A stretch of 64,000 bases of DNA from the NCBI GenBank assembly GCA_963693365.1, contig CAVNZM010000017.1, positions 5,818,708 to 5,882,707 on the forward strand, written 5' to 3'. Of this stretch, positions 46,936-61,128 are shown piece after piece (the stretch's first letter is position 1; every line of letters begins with the position of its first letter). Origin of the DNA: Amoebidium appalachense. Taxonomy: Eukaryota; Protista; Ichthyosporea. The notes under the pieces are model-generated. The model saw nothing but the letters and a program-made list of their open reading frames with translations. It did not search any database and was not told the DNA's origin. Both the position numbers and the translations under genes were made by a program.

Positions 46936-47667
46936 CTAGTCTCAGAAACTGTGATTTGAAACAATATTATCAAGGGAAATCTTCGAGGCTACTACTCACA
47001 GACTGGCTGATGATCATGGTTTTCAACAAATTTAGCTATATGTAGCCACTTCCAGCTTGAATGAAACAAATTATGAAGGGGATCCGAGACTTGTCATTGC
47101 CGCTGCACACAGTACAAGTACTAATAATTTTTAGATATAATTTTGAAGACCGCCACCATCGAATACCATATGCACTCTTCATCAGCACACTTGCGGAGAG
47201 TCCTCGGCTGGCATGTAAGACTCAGTATTTTAATTTACTATCCATGCTAACATACGACCTTTCAGATCCATGAGTAATACAGTATGCTAACAATTACTTT
47301 TCAAATCCAGTGGCACTACTGATGATGCAATAGAACATGACTCGTGAACACTGTCTACTGCTGCATTGTAACTTCAAAATTGTGGTCCATCATATAATTA
47401 CGGTAAAAAAATGGTGTGTCCACCCTCAAGCTTTGACTTTCAACAGTAAACTGTGACGCCGAAATTCAAGTCAATACATAGGCCGGTGACTCTTGCTATA
47501 GCTAAATAAGCAACAGTTATTGTCACCGAACCTGAGGCTCACACAACACATTTATGAGTCATAAAGAGCTTTTCACAGCCTCGCGCGCCTTTTATGATAA
47601 AGAAATAGCCTAATATTAGCATGATAGCTAACACTCCAAGCGGACTTTTACGGTGTGGTGACTACTA

Positions 47668-48213
47668 TCAGTCAGTGCCACCGCTGCCGCGTTCAATATT
47701 AGCAAAATCCGGTGCGCTTATCATAGCATCTCCATTTGCTGTGTGTTCACTATTTATATAACGACTGCCAATGCTGAAAGTGCCGCTAAAGATCCGCCTA
47801 TAGTGTCCCGCGTACAGCTGATTTCCTGCAGGCGTGACACTGTAATCCGCAGACAATTCGCTTGACTCTGGCGGAAGCACGCTGAGCGAAAACCTCTCCC
47901 TGGGGTTATGAGGCATCATACTCCCTTCGGTGGGCTTTGAAGCTCCCGACGGTTGCTGTAAACTGCCAAAGGTGGTGATGAGGAGAATGGAGCTGATAGT
48001 CACACACGTCGGATAGCAAAGCAATGCGGTAAGGGCGACGGGTGCCCCCGGGACCATGGAGTTATTTGTCAGCTGAACGGGGAGGGGGGTGAGGAGAAGC
48101 ACTGCGGCCACAATGGTGGCATAGAGGTTGGCCCACCTGTGTCGTGTTTGTTGTGGTTAGGTGAGATGTCAGCCACAACAAGGTATCATGCCTAAGAGAA
48201 TTATTAAAGTACT

Positions 48214-48247
<34 letters not shown>

Positions 48248-48425
48248 TTAAGGATGAGGACATCACGTTGTAGGGGACTCCTGAGGGGGGAAGGAGCTCG
48301 AGGGGGAGAGGTGGGCCGGGGAAGGATTTCAGAGGAGAGAGAGAGAGATCTAGAGGTCCCAGGAGAGATAGAGTGAGAGAGAGAAGCGCTGGCAGCTCTG
48401 AGAGAGAAAGATAGAGATAGAGAAA

Positions 48426-48458
<33 letters not shown>

Positions 48459-50778
48459 GGGGGAGGTGGAGAGAGAGAAAGAGATCTAGAGATCGAGAGA
48501 TCGAGAGATCGAGAGAGACTGGCTGCCAGAGATCGAGAGATCGAGAGATCGAGAGAGAGAGAGAGAGATCTAGAAAGAGGTCAGAGGGAGAGAAAGGGAG
48601 AGAGAGAGAGAGTAAGGAGAGAGAGAGAGACTGAAGAGCCTCGGGACAGAGCCGAGAGAAAGGTGTGTGCGTGTGTGCGTGTGTGTGTGTGCGCGTTCCA
48701 AGGAGCAGCCTGAAAAAGATTTTAGGGGGTGCATTGCAGGGGAAGCTGAGGCCATGATGGGGTTCGGAAAACCGTACTAATAGTACACTGTCAGGTGCAC
48801 AAGCGTCCCAAAGTACATACAGCTACTTACCTATCATTGAACATCCCAGGGCAGGCCGACCGCGTCCTCCACGTATACCACGCAACACACCCGATATAGT
48901 ACAGGCTGCATCCGCGATCGGCACTGAGATATGCAATCCATTCCACGTAACCGAGCACATACAGCACCAACAGCACCAGCAGCACCACCAGCTCGATCAC
49001 GGCAACTCCGACTATGGAACCAAACACGTGTGCGTGTGCCTGCCAGCGTGTGTTCTTGCGCTGCCGCATCTTGAAAGGATGATTGAAAATGAGGAAGATT
49101 AGCCGTTGCCGTGCTGCGTAGGCCAGAAGCATCAGGCGCACACCCCAGTTGCGTAGGAATATGCACAGCATGCAGGCCACCTGATGCAAGGGGTAAAACG
49201 GACGATTCAATCGTTTATGACAATACATAGTTATAACCGATGGGGGAGGCCATCAATGTGAATAGTACACGGTCACGGTATCTTTGTGAATGAAATTTAC
49301 ACCGACACCTGACTGTTGACTTGACCCCTTCTGAGACACCATGACACTGAAGAAGTCCTATAAACTTCATAGGAGTACGGTGTTCTGAGATGCTGCATTG
49401 CGACCTGCCTAGTTAGTGACTGTAATCATTGTGCCTTCCAAAGAGTCCTGCCCGGAATTCGAAGCTTGAGTTGAATTCTTACACGTGCGACCACATGAGG
49501 AAAAAAGATATAACACTACATGTTGTGGGCCTGAGAGGATATCGATTCTTTTTTTTTTTAAAAAAAAATAAAAAATAAAAAATGGCAAATTGAGTGAGTG
49601 CACGGCGGAACTTACGTCATCCCAGTCGGCTCTGAGCACCTTTTCTCCTGTTTCGGGCCGCAGCAGCATGTTTATTGAGAGTATGTTGGCCGGGATCGTC
49701 AGCGCCTGCAGGCCCGGGCAACCCAAGGGTCTTAGTTAGACTGAGTCGTCCCTGGAAACATTACTTGAATTACTACTAGGCTGGCAACTTTCATGTCATG
49801 CCTGGCCCAGAGCTCCCAGTGCGTGGCTACATGCACATTTTACCATTAAAAGTTTGCGAGGACTTACAGTGATGAATTTGATTTAAACTTCATTTCTCTA
49901 ATCCTAAAGAAGTGCATAATAAAACTTAATAACAACAAGTGCACACAGGCCGGCAGTACTAGTACACCGTAAGTGACTTGGATCCAGGGAGAGCATCTTA
50001 ACAGCGGCCACTCCAATGGGAGAGGCGGGAAAATCTGGGAGGAATTTCAAAGGATATAGCACCATTATACTGTGGTCCGGCCTGAGCCTCGTAAATTATA
50101 GTAGCAAGCATACATACATATACATACCAAAGCAAGCGCGGCGCCTAGCAGAGTCAACAGTAAATATGTCGATCCACGGGCCTTGGCTGTTTGAGTGCCT
50201 CTCGTCTTTCTTGCGACCTTTGCAGCCCAGATAAACACCACTGCACCCATGCCAATGGGCGGAACACAGTGAGGCAGCATTTGGGCAACAGCGTCCTTTC
50301 CGGTGTATTCTGGCATAGTCCAAAGAAGGATACAACACGGAGAGTTGTGCGCAAGCACGCACACAGTGGCAATGAGGACAGAATGACGAAAGCAAAACTG
50401 CAGCGCCTTCATAAAAAAGCTCCGGTGAACTGGTGTCACAGTGTGAGACAGTGTGGGTGGGACGTAATCGACGCTGGAAAACGACGGATTGTCCAGCTCT
50501 TCTATCGGCAGTCGCGACAGTTTTTTGTTCCCGGGGTTGCCAACGCCGTTGCTTTCAAGAACAGCCGTTGCTGGGCTAGTGGTGATGTCTGGTTCGTTAT
50601 CTTGTGAGTCATTAGGCTGGCCAAAAGACCACGTGCTTTGCCTCGCAGTGCGATGATATGTTGCTGGTGCTGGCACAGGGACCCCTTCCGGGTTTGTGGC
50701 ACGGTCGGGCGTGACCAACATCACAGGCCCTTGAAGGGGCGAGTTCGAAGGGTTGACAGTGCCCCTTCTGACGCCCAT
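47668..50778 (-). CDS. Class C (family 3)-like seven-transmembrane receptor, 4 exons, 519 aa
   Basis: Exons 50778-50128, 49705-49616, 49180-48831, 48136-47668; GT-AG introns with phases 0,0,2 and CTAAC branch motifs in introns 1 and 3; 1560 nt open frame. Seven to eight hydrophobic segments; KARGSTYLLLTLLG (TM2-like), C...RLIFLIF (TM3-like), YTWRTR...FND (TM5-ICL3-like). Family assignment is by motif resemblance only. Confidence 0.78.
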
Positions 50779-52048
50779 TATTGCGGCCCAAAACTGGTAT
50801 TAGCCTGAGCCTCGAAGCTTTTATAATAATAGCTTGGGGCCTATCGGCTATGGTGAAAGGCAGTGCCACCTGGCCATGGGGTTCAGTGACAGCAACGTTC
50901 CCTGAAGTGAAGAACACAAGACAACAAGAGGATTCACAGTGACTCGGCACCAGGCTCAAAAGCGTGTTCCGAATGTAAGTCAGCAATGGTGGTGCACCAG
51001 TACTGATTATATATGTACGAAGTGCCCATGATTCGCAGCAATATTATGGCACGTGCGTGGGGCCATGCGCACACAAACGGTGGTGCCATATTATGCATGC
51101 GTGGAATAATCGTTGGAGCTTCAAGTTGCTGTATCCCTGCAGACCAGGCACATATAATACTGTTGTTTTATCAAAATTTCAGTGATGAATGTAAGTTGTC
51201 AATGAATTCGAGCCCCATGAAGTTGCCCCGTACAGTACGTAGACCACGGTCACGGTGGATATATTCAATCGATATCTCACGGGGCCACGCCCCATCGATT
51301 TGCGTCCGTATGCATCCGTGGCCACGGCGTTGTGACTCGAGATCACGGTGGAAGTTAATTATATGTGACAGAAGCACGATTCACCAGGATGGGCTCCGAA
51401 TACGAGGGTGGCATGAGCGTTCTCAGTATACGTACAATAAATAGTGCGGAAACCCCTGGTTGCTTCCGGCGGGAGCAGCCTGTTTTTTCCTTTGATTGGG
51501 GCCAGAGGCCCTTTCTATTCTTTCTATTCTGCATACGGTGCCCATTTCGGATAGGGTTGGAAGGGGGGGGGTGGTCACCGGTAACGTTCTTTGGGCGGGG
51601 GAAGGTGGACAAAAATCACTTTCAAAAAGCACTCGATTAGATTGGCTCCTGGGTCAATGGAATGAGAGATAACGCATTGGATTCGCTTCCAGGCGCGCAG
51701 CAACTAGATAGTAATTGTTACCCTGTCAGCGAAATCGGGAATCATTTAGTTTATTTTAAAATGTGATTTAGGTAAATTTTTTTTTTTTCTTCTTCTTTTG
51801 ACTGGATTTATTCGACGGAAAGATATGCAAGTATGCACGGCATACGGTAAATATGGTGTCGAACAATATTTCGTTGGGGCTTTTAAATGTTACTTGAGTG
51901 TACCTTGATTTGCGAATCGAAATTTCCGGTTTAGCGCTGATACCTGGCAAAGAACAGCATAAGCGCGGTAAAAATACCGTTTCCGTGATCATGATGTTTG
52001 GAGCCTGATCAGACGTCGGAGCGCAGCGCCGTTATCATGTGACACGCA

Positions 52049-52180
<132 letters not shown>

Positions 52181-52715
52181 CACGCACACACACACTGTGA
52201 CACACAGCACGCACTTCAACACAAGCACATGCATAAAAACGTTTTTTGGGAGAGGGGCATGGCCTCTGGCCCCTTTTTAGCAAACGTGAGCCCCGCATTC
52301 GGCTGCCAGTATCTTCATAGTTTGATGTGATACAAGCGCCAAAGACGGAGTATTTAATTGGGACTTGTGTAACCCCATGTACGCGTAGCGGAACTGGAAT
52401 CCCGGTATCCATCAAATGGGCCAATTAAATGAGAGCAACTTGATAAAAAACAGGCTGTGAAATTTTGAAATCCAATCGTCCAAGTCTCCTTGTAATGGTA
52501 TGAATTGAAAATACCGTAAGGCTACTCATTATCATTGAAGCATGGGCGGCAGCTTGCCTTCACAATGCAATGCCGTGTATGATAATACTACATTAGCCGA
52601 GGCTGAGAGATGGCTCATACCTACCGCGTAGAGTGTTTTGTAGTTGGTGTTTTATCTATTTTCGCACCAAGTGCATTCCATTATAAGATCCGGGGATTCC
52701 GGGGATTCAGGTGAG

Positions 52716-53223
52716 CAGGGGTGTGGCGACTATACTTCAAGTCGCGACTTGAAGTCATCAAGCCCCTGACTTCAACAAAGTCAAGTCAAGTCACGAGGCC
52801 TGACATTGGAAGGGGGGGGCTTGGGGCGGGGAAGCATAGGAGGATGGGTGGGAAGGGGGGGCGCAATGCCCGCCCGTGGCCCAGCCGGCCACTGGTGGGC
52901 CGGAGGAGTTACTACAAATAGTATCTCAAGACTGGTCTCTGGTTATGTCTTAATGATTGTGTCAATGTCTTCTGCCTATCTTTTGCCATGTGCCTTCGTA
53001 CCTGGTATTGTGCAACATATGATTCTCCGTCGGCCCGGCTGCATGCATCGTGTGTGTGTCCTTTTTGCATATCCGCATCATGTTATTCCGTTGCGAACCT
53101 GTACTAGTACTTCGTTCGTACTGCCGTCCAAGTCGCGACTCCAAGTCAAGTCAAGTCATCCAACCGAGCAAACAATTATAACTATAAGTCAAGTCAAGTC
53201 GTTGAGGCTCTGCCACACCTCTG
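52716..53223. mobile_element. hAT-type MITE (508 bp)
   Basis: TIRs CAGGGGTGTGGC / GCCACACCTCTG (11/12 match); 8-bp TSD CAGGTGAG (52708-52715) / TAGGTGAG (53224-53231); subterminal (AAGTC)n repeats at both ends. Confidence 0.88.
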
Positions 53224-53705
53224 TAGGTGAGTCGTGCTCCTTCAGTAAGACTACTGATCTCGCCTCCACTGGATCTCTGTAAAATGTTTTCAGCCATATG
53301 ACCGTATTTGATTTATAATCTTTCTTCAATTATTTTATCTACTTGAAATCGCATGAGAATTTGATAGCCGTTTTTTAATGACAATGAATCCATGTAACAC
53401 TGTTCCCACGTGCACTTTGTCCGCGCCTACTGAGACTCTATACTCTGCACCTATGCATCCAATCAAATTTGGCTCTCGGATATACTCAAACATCCCAGTT
53501 CACAACATCCGTCTAAAATCATTGGTAGGTTCATTTTAAAATTCATCAAAACTATTTCTTTTTACACTTCTATCAGCTCCGAGGAACACGAAAAAAGCAA
53601 ATATATGGTTTACTGACTTGAATGCACACGGCCACTGTGCCCACTGCCGGGCCCCGCCGGAAGAAAAATGTTTGAAAAGCCTTTTGGGGGAGAGCCTCGG
53701 AGGAG

Positions 53706-53748
<43 letters not shown>

Positions 53749-53927
53749 ACTCAGGAGTCTCAGAGCGCTAGAGAGAGAAGACTCTCGAAGACAAAGAGCT
53801 AGCTAGCTAGAGATCTGAGAACGCCGTGAGAGAGGGGGGGGGGGGGGGGGAGGGGGGAGAGAGAGTAAGAGAGAGGGGGGGGGAGAGAGAGAGAGAGAGA
53901 AAGAGAGAGAAGAGAGAGACAGAGAGC

Positions 53928-54036
<109 letters not shown>

Positions 54037-54325
54037 ATTTTACCGGAAAATTCGACCTAAAGTTTTTTAAAAAGTTTTTTCATGTATTTTCATGATCGCT
54101 TGAGCAGATCAAACTGTTTTGCTGGTATCTCAGTGTACGTGTGCAGGGGGTATAACAACACACTAACTGTGAAAACTTGGTGCATTTTGGTTGAACGGTT
54201 CCCAAGTTATTACATTTTTAATTTTTTGAAACGTGCATAACGTTATGCTCAAACCTGCATTACGTTATACAATTTTGCTTAGTAAATGTAAATTTGCCTC
54301 AAAAAATTCGTTAAAGTGCCTTAGT

Positions 54326-54374
<49 letters not shown>

Positions 54375-54409
54375 TGTGTGTGTGTGTGTGTGTGCCACGG
54401 TGTGTGAGC

Positions 54410-54453
<44 letters not shown>

Positions 54454-56279
54454 CTCGGAGAGAGGGGGAGGGGGGGGGGGGGAGAGAGAGAGAGAGAGAG
54501 CCTGATGAGGAGAATCTCTAGAAGAGAGACAGGAAATTAGAGGGGGAGAGAGAGAGCCTGAGGGAGAGTGTTGTTTTTGTGTGGGTAAACGGAGAAGCAG
54601 AGAGCACAGATGGGTGTTATGTTATACACAACACAGAGACACACGGGAGAAACACAACCGGAGAGGTGGAACGATTACTGGGACCATAGGAAATGAATTC
54701 GACTGCTTGATATTTATTTCAAGATGAAGTTCCTTTTATACTCAGGAATGTGAAATCGATAAACCAATCAAAAGAACGAAAACTCTATTTTCCAATCAGA
54801 AAGACGAAAACTATGAGGGTAAAATAAATTGATCGAAATGCCTGTCGACACATAGAAGATAAAACGCAATCCTCTAATGAAAGTAATCTTCTAATAAAAG
54901 TACGGAAACATTTAACAAAATGAAACCACTTATGTAACTATTAGTTCACATCATACATTTATACATGTTCTTAACATAACACGTCAAAATATAAGTATTC
55001 CTAATAGTTGGGGAACATAGAACAATGCTACGTCGTGGGAAAGGAAGGAAAAGGAATGAGGATAGAAAGGAATGGAATGGGAAAGGAATCGAATAGAATT
55101 AATGAGGAATGTAGGTTACTATATTTGGGAAAATATAACGAAATCTGATTAGACGACATATTTAGACATTGACGCAAACGACAATACGTGTGCGCGGGCT
55201 CAATGGACCACTTTGGATCTACTATTCAAAAATCGATCAATTTTTTGCTTCGCTCCAACACCCGAGGTTGGCCGCCATAGGGCCGTCGTTTGTCGGGCTG
55301 CCTGGCAGCGGCTCCAGCTGCCCGACGTAGAAGCTACTTCTGGCAAAGACAAACCCCTTTACGTAACAATATTTGCTTTTTCCTCAAAATGCTACACAGA
55401 TGCTTTTTATTATAGATGATAATTTCTATCGTCTTAGTTATTTTGGGGTTTGCAGGCTTGTTGCGTTGGGCGTTTTTCTTAGCCATTCGTGATCATGAGG
55501 GCATCACACATGCACCGTAGTTAAACATATGCACAAGTACTACGGGTGTTGAACATTTACTGCCTGCATGGTGCGTTTCTGCCAAATGCACTCTCTGGGG
55601 GTAGAGTAGGCATGGCGTGTGAACATTATACACACGTACAGCGTGATCATTCAGTCCACCTTTTTGTGGAATGCCCTGTCAGCCATACACATACAGACAA
55701 CGGGAAGGTGTTTCGGTCGAAAACACATCATGACTGTTTTCCACACCGTCCAACGCAACCAGCAGACTCTGACAGACACCCTGTTGTTCTTTTTGTAATA
55801 AATTACTTGTTGCATATATCGTCTCGTCAAGTATCCCTTGCATCCAAAGGTCACTTGAGTGCAACGTGTTTTGTTGCACAGTGCAGTGTGCAGAGGTAGC
55901 ACTAGTATCGGTATGAGCCCACTATGTACTGCCACTAACATGAAACAAGTCGAATTAGATGCTTGCTACTTAACTGTATTGTTTTTCTTTCTCTTGCTCA
56001 CGGATAAAAGAAATGCAAACCCGGCAGCTCTCTTTCTATTCTAAGTCTTTGTACATCTACCCGTCTGTTCTCTCCCTACACAAGATCTGCGCAGAAGCTG
56101 CTAATTATATCTAACGTTACGTTGTCTTGGGCTAGCACTAACCCGGACCGTGCGTGTTTGCAAACCGCCACTGCACCAAAAGAGGCCGGTTAATATACTG
56201 TGCCAGTGTGTCGTTTGTTACACAGGGTAAGTGTGTGTGTGTATTGCGCATGTGTGTGTACTGTGTGTGACATTAAGAT

Positions 56280-56416
<137 letters not shown>

Positions 56417-56595
56417 GTGTGTGTGTGTGTGTTTGTGTGTGTGTGAGTGATTGTGTCACGTTTGCGTGTGTATTTGTGCACGCGTACACTTAGGCGTCTG
56501 TATATGCTTGTGTGTGTGTGTGTGTGTGCCCTTGCGTGCACGTGTGTGTATGCACACGTCTGTGTGTGTATTCTTTGTGTGTGCGTATATGTGTG

Positions 56596-56596
56596 T

Positions 56597-56670
<74 letters not shown>

Positions 56671-56718
56671 TGTGTGTTGCAATCCGGTGGGTGGGTGTTT
56701 GTTAGAGTATGTGTCGTG

Positions 56719-56778
<60 letters not shown>

Positions 56779-56841
56779 TGTGTGTTTCAATCCCGTGGGT
56801 GGGTGTTTGTTAGAGTATGTGTCACGTGTTTGTCTGTATGT

Positions 56842-56880
<39 letters not shown>
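56596..56880. repeat. Tandem duplication (~108-bp period) embedded in (TG)n
   Basis: AATCC(G/C)GTGGGTGGGTGTTTGTTAGAGTATGTGTC at 56681 and 56789. Confidence 0.85.
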
Positions 56881-56895
<15 letters not shown>

Positions 56896-56998
56896 GCACG
56901 CACACGCGTTCAGGTGTGAGTGTATGTCGACGTCAGTGAAGGTGTACGTTGTTATGCTCTCACGGTCCTCTTCCTAGCCTTCCCCTCCCGGGACCCTT

Positions 56999-57029
<31 letters not shown>

Positions 57030-57349
57030 CCCCCCCCTCTTTCCCTCCCCTCGCCAGGGGCACCTTGTTGCCCCGCCTCTCTTGTAGGTGCCTAGGGAGG
57101 GAGGTGGTGGTGGGGGGAGGGAGGAAGGGGGAGGAAGGAAGGCATAAGGAACTTCGGAAAGGGGGGGGGGGGGGGGGGGGGGGGGGGGGGCTGGCGGGCA
57201 AAAGTGGGGTTTGGGTGGGGCGGCTGGGGAAGGTGGGGTCGATATGGAGAAGGTAACAGATCTGTGTAAGAAGTGTTGAAGTGAGCGAGGTCAAGCTGCC
57301 TTGTTTACATGTAGTTATTTGTGTGTTTATGTGTGTGTGTGTGTCACGG

Positions 57350-57430
<81 letters not shown>

Positions 57431-57439
57431 CTCTCTCGT

Positions 57440-57479
<40 letters not shown>

Positions 57480-58494
57480 ACTCTGGTGTGTGTGTGTGTC
57501 TGTGTGTGTGTGTGTGTGTACGACATGTGTGTGTGCGTGTGTGCGTGTGTGCGTGTGTGTGTGTGTGTTTGTGTGTATTTTTGTTTGTATGTGTGTGTGT
57601 GTTTCTTACGGCCCGGTGTTCTTGCCTAAGTTAGTTGTGTAGAGGGGGGACTAGTACGGGCGGGCCTTCCCATGCAGTCAGGGGCGGGCAGGTGGGTGGT
57701 TATGGGCAGTGTATAAGTTGAGCATGATGGGGGTGGGACAAACTTGAGCCTATGCCTGAACAACCAAGTCATGTTTATTTGGCTTCTTCTGAGTGGTAGC
57801 ACCAAAACCCCACTGTTTGCACCTTCTAGAACGGGCGTACAGTGGGACAAGCTCCGGTTACCGTAACAGGTTTGAGGTGTAGTGGCTTGTTGTCGATGAC
57901 ACAAAAAAAGTTGCAGTGACCGGGTTAAAGTGTTCTCTGCATAACCTTTGGCTCTTATAGGTTCTTTTTTCACTCTACTGGGCCACGTCACGGCGTCTTC
58001 TAACCATAGTTCCGTGAACCACACACCATACCACCACGTCCACAGATCTAGACTCCGGAGGTAGACTGCAGCTCTACTGATGAGCAGGCATGTGCGTGCG
58101 GGGCTTTTGATTGTTTAACCAATATTTTAAACTGTTGTTATTTGTGTCATATACAATTACTCACTACTCTAAAAGTGCGCTTATACTAGCTTAAAGTAGG
58201 TTAGATAGAGTCGCTTCAGTTCTTGTAGGTGTTGTAAGTTTCGCACGAAAAACGCGGCTGCGCAGTCTGCACACGGGAAGGCCCTATGGCTCCAGAGCCG
58301 CATTCCACAGATCGGAGAGTAATAAGTAAGCCTCGGGCAGAGAGAAAGAGAGAGAGAGAGAAATAGACTGATAGAGAGGGAGGGAGGGAGAGAGTCTAGC
58401 TGAGAGCCTGAGGGAGAGAGAGAGAGAGACTGCAAGAGAGCAAGAGAGAGGAGCCTTGAGAGGGACTCGCTGTACTCGGAGGGGGAGAGAGAGG

Positions 58495-58609
<115 letters not shown>

Positions 58610-58742
58610 GAGAGAGAGGGAGGGAGAGGGAGGGAGGGAGGGAGGGAGGGAGAAAGGGAGAGACTCTCGGATGATATATATCATATGATATAGAGAAATC
58701 TGGAGAGCCTCGAGAGAGCGAGCTCGGCGAGACTTACTCCTA

Positions 58743-59090
58743 ACAGAAATATTCTGCAAAAAGCAGAATTACTCTGCAAAGGGTAGAACTATATATTATG
58801 CAACTTGCATATTATGCTGTAAAAAGCAAAATTATTCTGCAGATAGCATATTCATTCTTCTGCTAGAAAAAGCAGAAGTATTCAGCAAAATTAGACGCAT
58901 GTGGCAAAAACCGAATCCGATTCTGGTTTGAACAGAATTCGACTGAACTCAGTAAATCATTCAGCTAAAGAATTATTCTTCAAACTTTGAAAGCGAAATA
59001 TGATTCTCACAGCAGCAGAATAAACTTGCTTCATGCAGGATTATTCTGTTTTTTGCAGAGTCAAACTCCGCCGGATGTGGTTGGACCCTT
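58743..59090. repeat. GCAGAAT/ATTCTGC palindrome array (family copy 2)
   Basis: Repeated GCAGAA/TTCTGC; ends in ACTCCGCCGGATGTGGTTGGACCCT. Confidence 0.78.
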
Positions 59091-59219
59091 CGGGATACAG
59101 TGCCAACCCACCTACCCAACCACCGCACCAACTTTATCCCAACCAATTTCCGCCCTGGCTTTTCAAAGTAAACCCCCCCCCCCCCCCCCCCCCACCCCCG
59201 GGCCGTCCCCTCCCCCTCC

Positions 59220-59254
<35 letters not shown>

Positions 59255-59688
59255 CTTGCTGGCATGTTACAAGAGAATTTTGCACCATGCAACTCTTGCA
59301 CACAAACTACACATAATACAGACCACTTCAAAAAATAACCGTTACACATGACACACTACAAGCCTTACGATTACTGACATAATGCCCTTAGCGCGGACAA
59401 AAAATTACGATTATACATAATACAACCTCAAGAAACTTTAAGTAACGATCACACATGATGCATTACAAGAAATAGCGATTACTAATACTCTACAGGAAGA
59501 GGGCCTTCGCCGGGCTAAATACCACTACCGAGCTCCCTCGACCAGCTTTCATTCACCGGCAATGGCACTCATGCTTCTCTCTCACCCTCCGGAAAATGCC
59601 CGGAAGCAGGAGGAAACTTTGGGGGGCGGGAGGGAGGGGATATCATAGATCTGGACCAGGAGATGATTTGATGCTTCAGCCTGATGAC

Positions 59689-59732
<44 letters not shown>

Positions 59733-59840
59733 ACCACCACCACCACCACCACCACCACCAGCACGTCACAGGAAGTTTTGGCACCGGGAAATGTTTGCAC
59801 TGACACAAGGTACATGGGTTAGGATAATTTTTGCCCCCCC

Positions 59841-59886
<46 letters not shown>

Positions 59887-61018
59887 CGGGTTCCTCATAG
59901 GCACCCTCAATTGAATGAGTGTTTACACGAAAAGCACACCATCGATTCAGAAATGACAACAAACACCAAGCTCGCATTCCAGAATTTTACAACTTTGCAG
60001 TGGGAGAGTTTACAACTGGCAGTGAAACAAGTCAACAGATTATGATCAGGAAAGTTTGATAGATTAATGTCCACCCTCCCCTCCCTCCCCCCCCTCCCCC
60101 CCCCCTCCCCCAGTCCCCCTTCCTTCCCCCACTTCCTGACCCCCTCCCCTCCCTTCCTCTCCACTCCCCCCGGAACGTCCCCCTTGCGGACGTGGGTATA
60201 CCCCACAAGACAGCATCCAATCAGAAATGAAATTAAGTATGAAGCTTGCATTCCAGGAGTCAATACTACTCTTTGCAAGCACTGTTCAATGGATTGCCAT
60301 ATTATGACTGCTATCGATGAATGGGGGATAATGTTTCCTGTCACAGTATTCCCCCCTCCCTCCCCCCCTCCCCCCCTTTGCCCTCGTTCCTCCAGAAACG
60401 CCCCACTCTCCCCCCCCCCCCCCCCTCCTCCCCACGTTCTTCCAGGATCCCCCCCCCCCTTCCCTCCCCCCGTTCCAGGACCTCTAGAAACACCCCCCCC
60501 CCCCCCCCCGTTCCTCCAAGAACCCCCCCATCCCCCCCCATCCCGGGTTCCTCTAGGATCCCCCTCCCCCCACCCCACCCCACCCCCCCATTTTTCTAAG
60601 GAACGCCAACCCCTTTAAATTTACAGGCTTTTACAACTAAAAACACGCCATTCAGTAATCACAACAAATGCAAATATGCATTCCAGTATTCTAGTTCCAT
60701 TACTAGCCTATGATATACTACTATCCTTTACATTTATCGAATAAGGCACATGATCACGTCCCCCTCCCCCCTCCCCCCTCCCCCCCCCCCCGTCCATGGC
60801 CACCTCGGCCCTCCCCCCCCAACACACACACATGTATCTCATTAAAGGTTGAATTTGCAGACTGAAGAGGGGGAGGGGGTAACAGTCACGTGTATGTGTG
60901 CACATGTGTGCAACGGGTGGCCCTCTTTTACTGGGGATGGGGGGGGGGGGGGGAGGGCAAAACTTTTCTAAACCATATACTTGCCACGGTGTCAGTACAA
61001 GAATTTTCTGTGACCCGT

Positions 61019-61051
<33 letters not shown>

Positions 61052-61128
61052 ACCCACTCTCCTTACATCAGAATATTCTATTATAAGTACTGCTCCGTGG
61101 CACCGCAGCAGCATTGATTGTGGATCCA

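Noticed and set aside
54040-54325. Right end of a TTAA-type (Kolobok-like) DNA transposon
   Set aside because: Composition and terminal AAAGTGCCTTAG are suggestive, but no matching left end was found.
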